Assembly (NCBI GenBank): GCA_927441425.1 | Contig: CAKMKG010000001.1 | Coordinates: forward strand, 150 to 64,149 | Direction of reading: 5' to 3' | DNA: 64,000 nucleotides | Source: an uncultured Bacillota bacterium | GTDB lineage: Bacteria; Bacillota; Clostridia; Peptostreptococcales; Anaerovoracaceae | Part shown: piece after piece, positions 60,239 through 64,000 of the stretch | Layout: each line of letters starts with the position of its first letter | How positions within the stretch are numbered: the first letter of the stretch is position 1 | Program-made: the position numbers and the translations under genes | The notes under the pieces: generated by a model | The model's input: only the letters and a program-made list of their open reading frames with translations | The model's database searches: none | What the model was told of the DNA's origin: nothing

Positions 60239-61507
60239 ATGGAGAAGACATTGAGTTCAAAAAGAAAATGGATCATTCTGGCGATCCTTGCTATGGCCGG
60301 CGGAATTATATATGAACTGCCCTACCTAAGATATACATACTACAAACCCCTGATCGAAGGACTCGGACTCACCAATGCTGAGTTCGGTGCTTCCATGAGT
60401 ATGTATGGCATTATTGCAATGATTTTTTATCTCCCGGGCGGCTGGCTTGCAGACAGATTTTCACACAGAAAACTTATCGCGTTTTCTTTGGTTGGCACCG
60501 GTCTTGGAGGTTTCTATCTCTCAACCTGGCCTTCCTATACGGGAACCATGGTTCTCTTCGGCTTTTGGGGCATCACAACAATCCTGACCTTTTGGGCGAC
60601 TATGCTGAAGGCAGTCAGTATGCTGGGTGACGAGTCCGAACAGGGAAGACTTTTCAGCTTCTGTGAGGGCGGCAGAGGAATCGTAACCTCCGTTGTAGCA
60701 CTTTCCACACTGGCACTGTTTAACTCCCTGGGCGGTTTGACTGAAAACTTCTCCTATATCCTTTGGGTATATGGCACCGTCTGTATCTTGGTCGGTATTG
60801 CAGCATGGTTCTTTATGGCTGACAACAAAACGGACGAAAAAGTGAGTGCCAATGTATTGAAAGATATTTTGATCATTATTAAAATGCCGATTACATGGAT
60901 CCTTGCGGTTGTTATCTTTTCGATCTATACTACTTATACCTCATCGAGTTACCTTACTCCGTACATGACCGATGTCTTCGGGTTATCCGCAGTCGCGGCC
61001 GGAGTGGTAGCTACCTTGAGAAGCCATATCTTCCGACCTGTTGCAGGTGCCTTCGCAGGAGGCCTTTCAAAGAAAGTTGGATCCTCGATCCCGGTGATGC
61101 AGGGCGTAATCCTTGTAGCCGTGGCATGTCTGCTGGTCATGCTGCTGGTACCGGTCAGCAATGCGTTGGTATTCTTGATCTCCGGCGTAACCGTTCTGAT
61201 CGGATTCCTGATCTTTATGCTAAGAGGGCTCTATTTTGCTCCGGTAGGAGAAGCCGGAACCCCGGTATCCCTTTTAGGTGCGGCGGTTGGTCTGATCTCA
61301 ACGATTGCATTTGCTTCCGACACCTTCAACTTTGTACTGCTGGGAAATATTCTGGATAAAAACCCCGGCGTTGCAGGCTATAAAATCATTTTCATGTATA
61401 TGATCGGCCTCTTTGTTGTTGCATTCCTCGGCTTGATGGTACTCACCAAGGTGGTGAAGAAGGCGAAGGCAACCAATGCTGCCAATGCAAAAAGAGAAGA
61501 GGCCTAA
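60239..61507 (+). CDS. MFS transporter (YqcE-like)
   Basis: GGIIYELPYLRY, GGWLADRFSHRK, EQGR..EGGRG; RBS AAGGAGG. Confidence 0.87.
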   Translation: MEKTLSSKRKWIILAILAMAGGIIYELPYLRYTYYKPLIEGLGLTNAEFGASMSMYGIIAMIFYLPGGWLADRFSHRKLIAFSLVGTGLGGFYLSTWPSYTGTMVLFGFWGITTILTFWATMLKAVSMLGDESEQGRLFSFCEGGRGIVTSVVALSTLALFNSLGGLTENFSYILWVYGTVCILVGIAAWFFMADNKTDEKVSANVLKDILIIIKMPITWILAVVIFSIYTTYTSSSYLTPYMTDVFGLSAVAAGVVATLRSHIFRPVAGAFAGGLSKKVGSSIPVMQGVILVAVACLLVMLLVPVSNALVFLISGVTVLIGFLIFMLRGLYFAPVGEAGTPVSLLGAAVGLISTIAFASDTFNFVLLGNILDKNPGVAGYKIIFMYMIGLFVVAFLGLMVLTKVVKKAKATNAANAKREEA

Positions 61508-61540
61508 GAACCTTATTTGATCCTATCGCTCATAAATTCA

Positions 61541-61576
61541 AAAGACTTCTGCAGGGGCTAACCGGCAGAAGTCTTT
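61541..61576 (+). terminator. Intergenic hairpin (attenuator or mRNA stabiliser)
   Basis: AAAGACTTCTGC...GCAGAAGTCTTT 12-bp stem with only a weak U tract. Confidence 0.5.
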
Positions 61577-61624
61577 GGCGCCATCTGATGGTGAAGGGAC
61601 TTTCATGAAAAGGAAGTGAAAAGA

Positions 61625-63253
61625 ATGAAAAAAATCAAGCCCATCGCATTTTGGCCTCCGGTGATTCTGTTCCTTGTTGCATGCATTTACAACTTTGCAG
61701 ACAAGGAAGGTTTTTCCAATATGATCAATGGTGCCAATGCATGGCTGATGACCAACTTCGCCTGGGCCTTCTGTCTGGGTGTTCTGATCATGCTTGGCGT
61801 TATCCTCTTTATCCTATTTTCTAAATTTGGAGATGTACGGATCGGTGGACGAAATGCAGTCCCCATGCTTGACAATATCAGATATTTTTCCATTACCCTA
61901 ACTAGTATTATTGCCATCGGAATCCTGTTCTGGGCAACCTCGGAACCGCTCTATCATTTGACTGCTCCGCCTGTATCTCTAGATCTTGTGCCAAACAGTC
62001 CCGAGGCAGCGGTCTTTGCCATGTCGACGCTCTTCATTCATTGGGGGTTTCTGCCCCTGGCCATCTATGCGGTTCCTTCCATCATGTTTGCCTTTGCATT
62101 CTATAATATGAAAAAACCTTATTCCCTTGGCTCCACACTGACGCCATTGTTTGGCAGCAGGATTCTCGGAAAGTGGTCTCAGGGAATCGATGCCATTTGT
62201 ATGTATGCATTGATTGCCGGAATGTCAGCCTCCCTGGGAACGGGAGTACTCTCGATAGCAGGAGGCTTGAAATATCTGACTGGGGTGCAAACGGGGGCAT
62301 TGCTTTGGGCTGCAGTGGATATTGCCGTCGTGGCAACCTTTGTAATCTCATCCATAACCGGGTTATTCAACGGAATAAAAAAGCTGTCGGAAATCAATTT
62401 TGGCGTATTCATTTTCCTTGCCTTATTTGTATTTGTTTTCGGACCTACTGCCTTCATGCTGAATCTGGGCGTGGAATCCTTCGCAAACCACCTGCAAACC
62501 TTCTTTGAGAAAGCCTGCTTTACAGGTGCTGCAGCGAATGACCCATGGGCGGGCTGGTGGACAATCTTTTATTGGTGCAACTGGCTGGCATGGGCGCCAA
62601 TTTCCGGAATGTTTCTCGGAAGGATTTCCTATGGACAAACCATTCGGAAAGCCCTTGTCGTTCTGTTTGTACTGCCGGCACTCTTCGACATCTTCTGGAT
62701 GCTTATTTTTGGAGGCGCTGCTATTCAGATGGAGCTTTCCGGCGGAAAACTGGCAGAGGCCATGGCGGCAGGACCGGAATTCGCTGTGTATGCGTTTCTT
62801 GACCATTATCCCGTCGCGGCCTTTACTGTTCCAATCTTTATCTTCTGTATGTTCCTTTCCTATGTAACCGGCTCCGATGCCTATACATCCACCCTGGGAG
62901 GCATGAGCACAACAGGAATCTCACCGGAGGATCCGGAGCCGTCCATTTGGCTGAAAGTATTCTGGGGAATACTGATCGGATTGGTCACCTGGATCATGAT
63001 TACAACGGCGGGAATCAATGGAGTAAAGATGCTTTCCAATCTGGGGGGTGGCCCTGCGCTGATTCTGGAATTGATGATCTGTATAGCGCTGGTAAGAGTC
63101 GCTCTGAATCCAAGAAAGTACGACACCTTTAAGCACGATTATACGGAGGATGGAACACCGATCAAATCAATTCAAAGAAAAGCGATCATGTCCGAGGAAG
63201 CAGTCACAGAAAACATCAAAAAACAAGAGGAGAGAAATCATTACAAAGATTAA
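61625..63253 (+). CDS. BCCT-family transporter (divergent)
   Basis: SKFGDVRIGG, SEPL.H, HWG, SLG, GIK.LS..N, WTIFYW..W..WAP, RISYG.TIR; alternative GTG start 61616. Confidence 0.88.
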   Translation: MKKIKPIAFWPPVILFLVACIYNFADKEGFSNMINGANAWLMTNFAWAFCLGVLIMLGVILFILFSKFGDVRIGGRNAVPMLDNIRYFSITLTSIIAIGILFWATSEPLYHLTAPPVSLDLVPNSPEAAVFAMSTLFIHWGFLPLAIYAVPSIMFAFAFYNMKKPYSLGSTLTPLFGSRILGKWSQGIDAICMYALIAGMSASLGTGVLSIAGGLKYLTGVQTGALLWAAVDIAVVATFVISSITGLFNGIKKLSEINFGVFIFLALFVFVFGPTAFMLNLGVESFANHLQTFFEKACFTGAAANDPWAGWWTIFYWCNWLAWAPISGMFLGRISYGQTIRKALVVLFVLPALFDIFWMLIFGGAAIQMELSGGKLAEAMAAGPEFAVYAFLDHYPVAAFTVPIFIFCMFLSYVTGSDAYTSTLGGMSTTGISPEDPEPSIWLKVFWGILIGLVTWIMITTAGINGVKMLSNLGGGPALILELMICIALVRVALNPRKYDTFKHDYTEDGTPIKSIQRKAIMSEEAVTENIKKQEERNHYKD

Positions 63254-63314
63254 AATGAAGAGAGCAGATCCAACGGAATAAATAACTGCTTTTCCAGTAC
63301 GGAGTATTCTATCA

Positions 63315-63346
63315 GAGCCCCTGCAAAATGCGGGGCTCAGTTTTTT
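63315..63346 (+). terminator. Intrinsic terminator
   Basis: GAGCCCCTGCA-AAA-TGCGGGGCTC followed by T6. Confidence 0.75.
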
Positions 63347-63428
63347 CTTGCTTCTGCTGATGCTGCTCAATGCTGTGTTTTTAACAGAATAAATTATTAG
63401 AAAATTCTGCTTTGTCGAAAAACCCATG

Positions 63429-63456
63429 TAAAGTGAATGAAGATACGTGACGATAT
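63429..63456 (+). promoter_or_regulatory. sigmaD-type promoter
   Basis: TAAA-N16-GACGATAT. Confidence 0.55.
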
Positions 63457-63511
63457 AATATGTGGTGTATAAAATTTTCTAATATGTTGGTGCAATTGAT
63501 GGAGGAAAAAC

Positions 63512-64000
63512 ATGAGAAGTATTCGAACGCTTTTTATTACAATTACGATCTTAATCACGATCGCCATTTTTACGACCCAGGCAGCAATCAGTTATGTTTC
63601 ATTTAGCAAGATAACCTATGATTCGGTAGAGGAGAATCTTAAAACGCAAGCAGAAAAAGAAGCAGCCATTTTGAATTCAAAACTCATGGGAGTGGGTAAA
63701 GCATCAAGCAGTTTGGCTGATATGGCTGCATCTATGAACGAGATCGAAGCAGGTACCTTATTCAATGTCATCGGCAACGAGATGAAAAAAGATCCGATGA
63801 TATTCGGTGGCGGATTTTGGATGGAGCCCTATGTCGTCGATCCTGCTCTAAAATATTATGGACCTTATGTCTACCATGACAATGGTCAGCAAGTCGTTAC
63901 TTGGGATTACAGTACCGATGAATACGACTATTTTCAGTATGATTGGTATCAAAACGGTGTCAATGCCGGGGACGGCGTCATCTTCAGTGAGCCGTATCAG
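63512..64000 (+). CDS. Cache-domain membrane sensor, probably an MCP; truncated by the window end and absent from the ORF track
   Basis: GGAGG RBS; MRSIRTLFITITIL TM helix, then FGGGFWMEPY..YYGPYVY..YDYFQYDWY..FSEPY (dCache-like). Confidence 0.8.
   Translation, partial: MRSIRTLFITITILITIAIFTTQAAISYVSFSKITYDSVEENLKTQAEKEAAILNSKLMGVGKASSSLADMAASMNEIEAGTLFNVIGNEMKKDPMIFGGGFWMEPYVVDPALKYYGPYVYHDNGQQVVTWDYSTDEYDYFQYDWYQNGVNAGDGVIFSEPYQ

Noticed and set aside
629-63427. Numerous 60-190 aa ORFs antisense to or overlapping the called genes
   Set aside because: Shadow ORFs without RBS or motifs, lying over well-supported genes.

Overview
64 kb chromosomal window from an anaerobic Firmicute. GGAGG ribosome-binding sites, sigmaA/sigmaD-type promoters, CIRCE, Rex-like boxes and Stickland-type enzymes point to Clostridia; the lineage is inferred, not proven. 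No CRISPR array, tRNA, transposase or prophage was seen. From left to right: (1) the 3' end of a 5S rRNA gene whose helix IV appears to be interrupted by at least 100 nt of non-5S sequence; (2) small redox and methyltransferase genes; (3) a GntR-linked catabolic region, with a divergent Glu/Leu/Phe/Val-family dehydrogenase, a four-subunit 2-oxoacid:ferredoxin oxidoreductase, an ADP-forming acyl-CoA synthetase and an MFS transporter on the minus strand, facing acyl-CoA dehydrogenase/EtfBA/MaoC/Fe-ADH on the plus strand; (4) a LytTR two-component system with a candidate direct-repeat target; (5) recQ, a frameshifted cheV, a CIRCE-controlled J-protein plus glutaredoxin, two topoisomerase III paralogues, gpx/ohrR and a DUF3160 pair; (6) a dense chemotaxis/c-di-GMP block; (7) an RpiR-regulated operon resembling the uncharacterised E. 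coli ygcU/ygcW/ygcE/yqcE genes, plus Etf and a divergent BCCT carrier. The best leads are the ygc-like operon (possible glycerol-ether catabolism), the expanded or interrupted 5S rRNA, and the orphan amino-acid oxidation regulon. All family calls come from motif recognition by eye; no database search was run.
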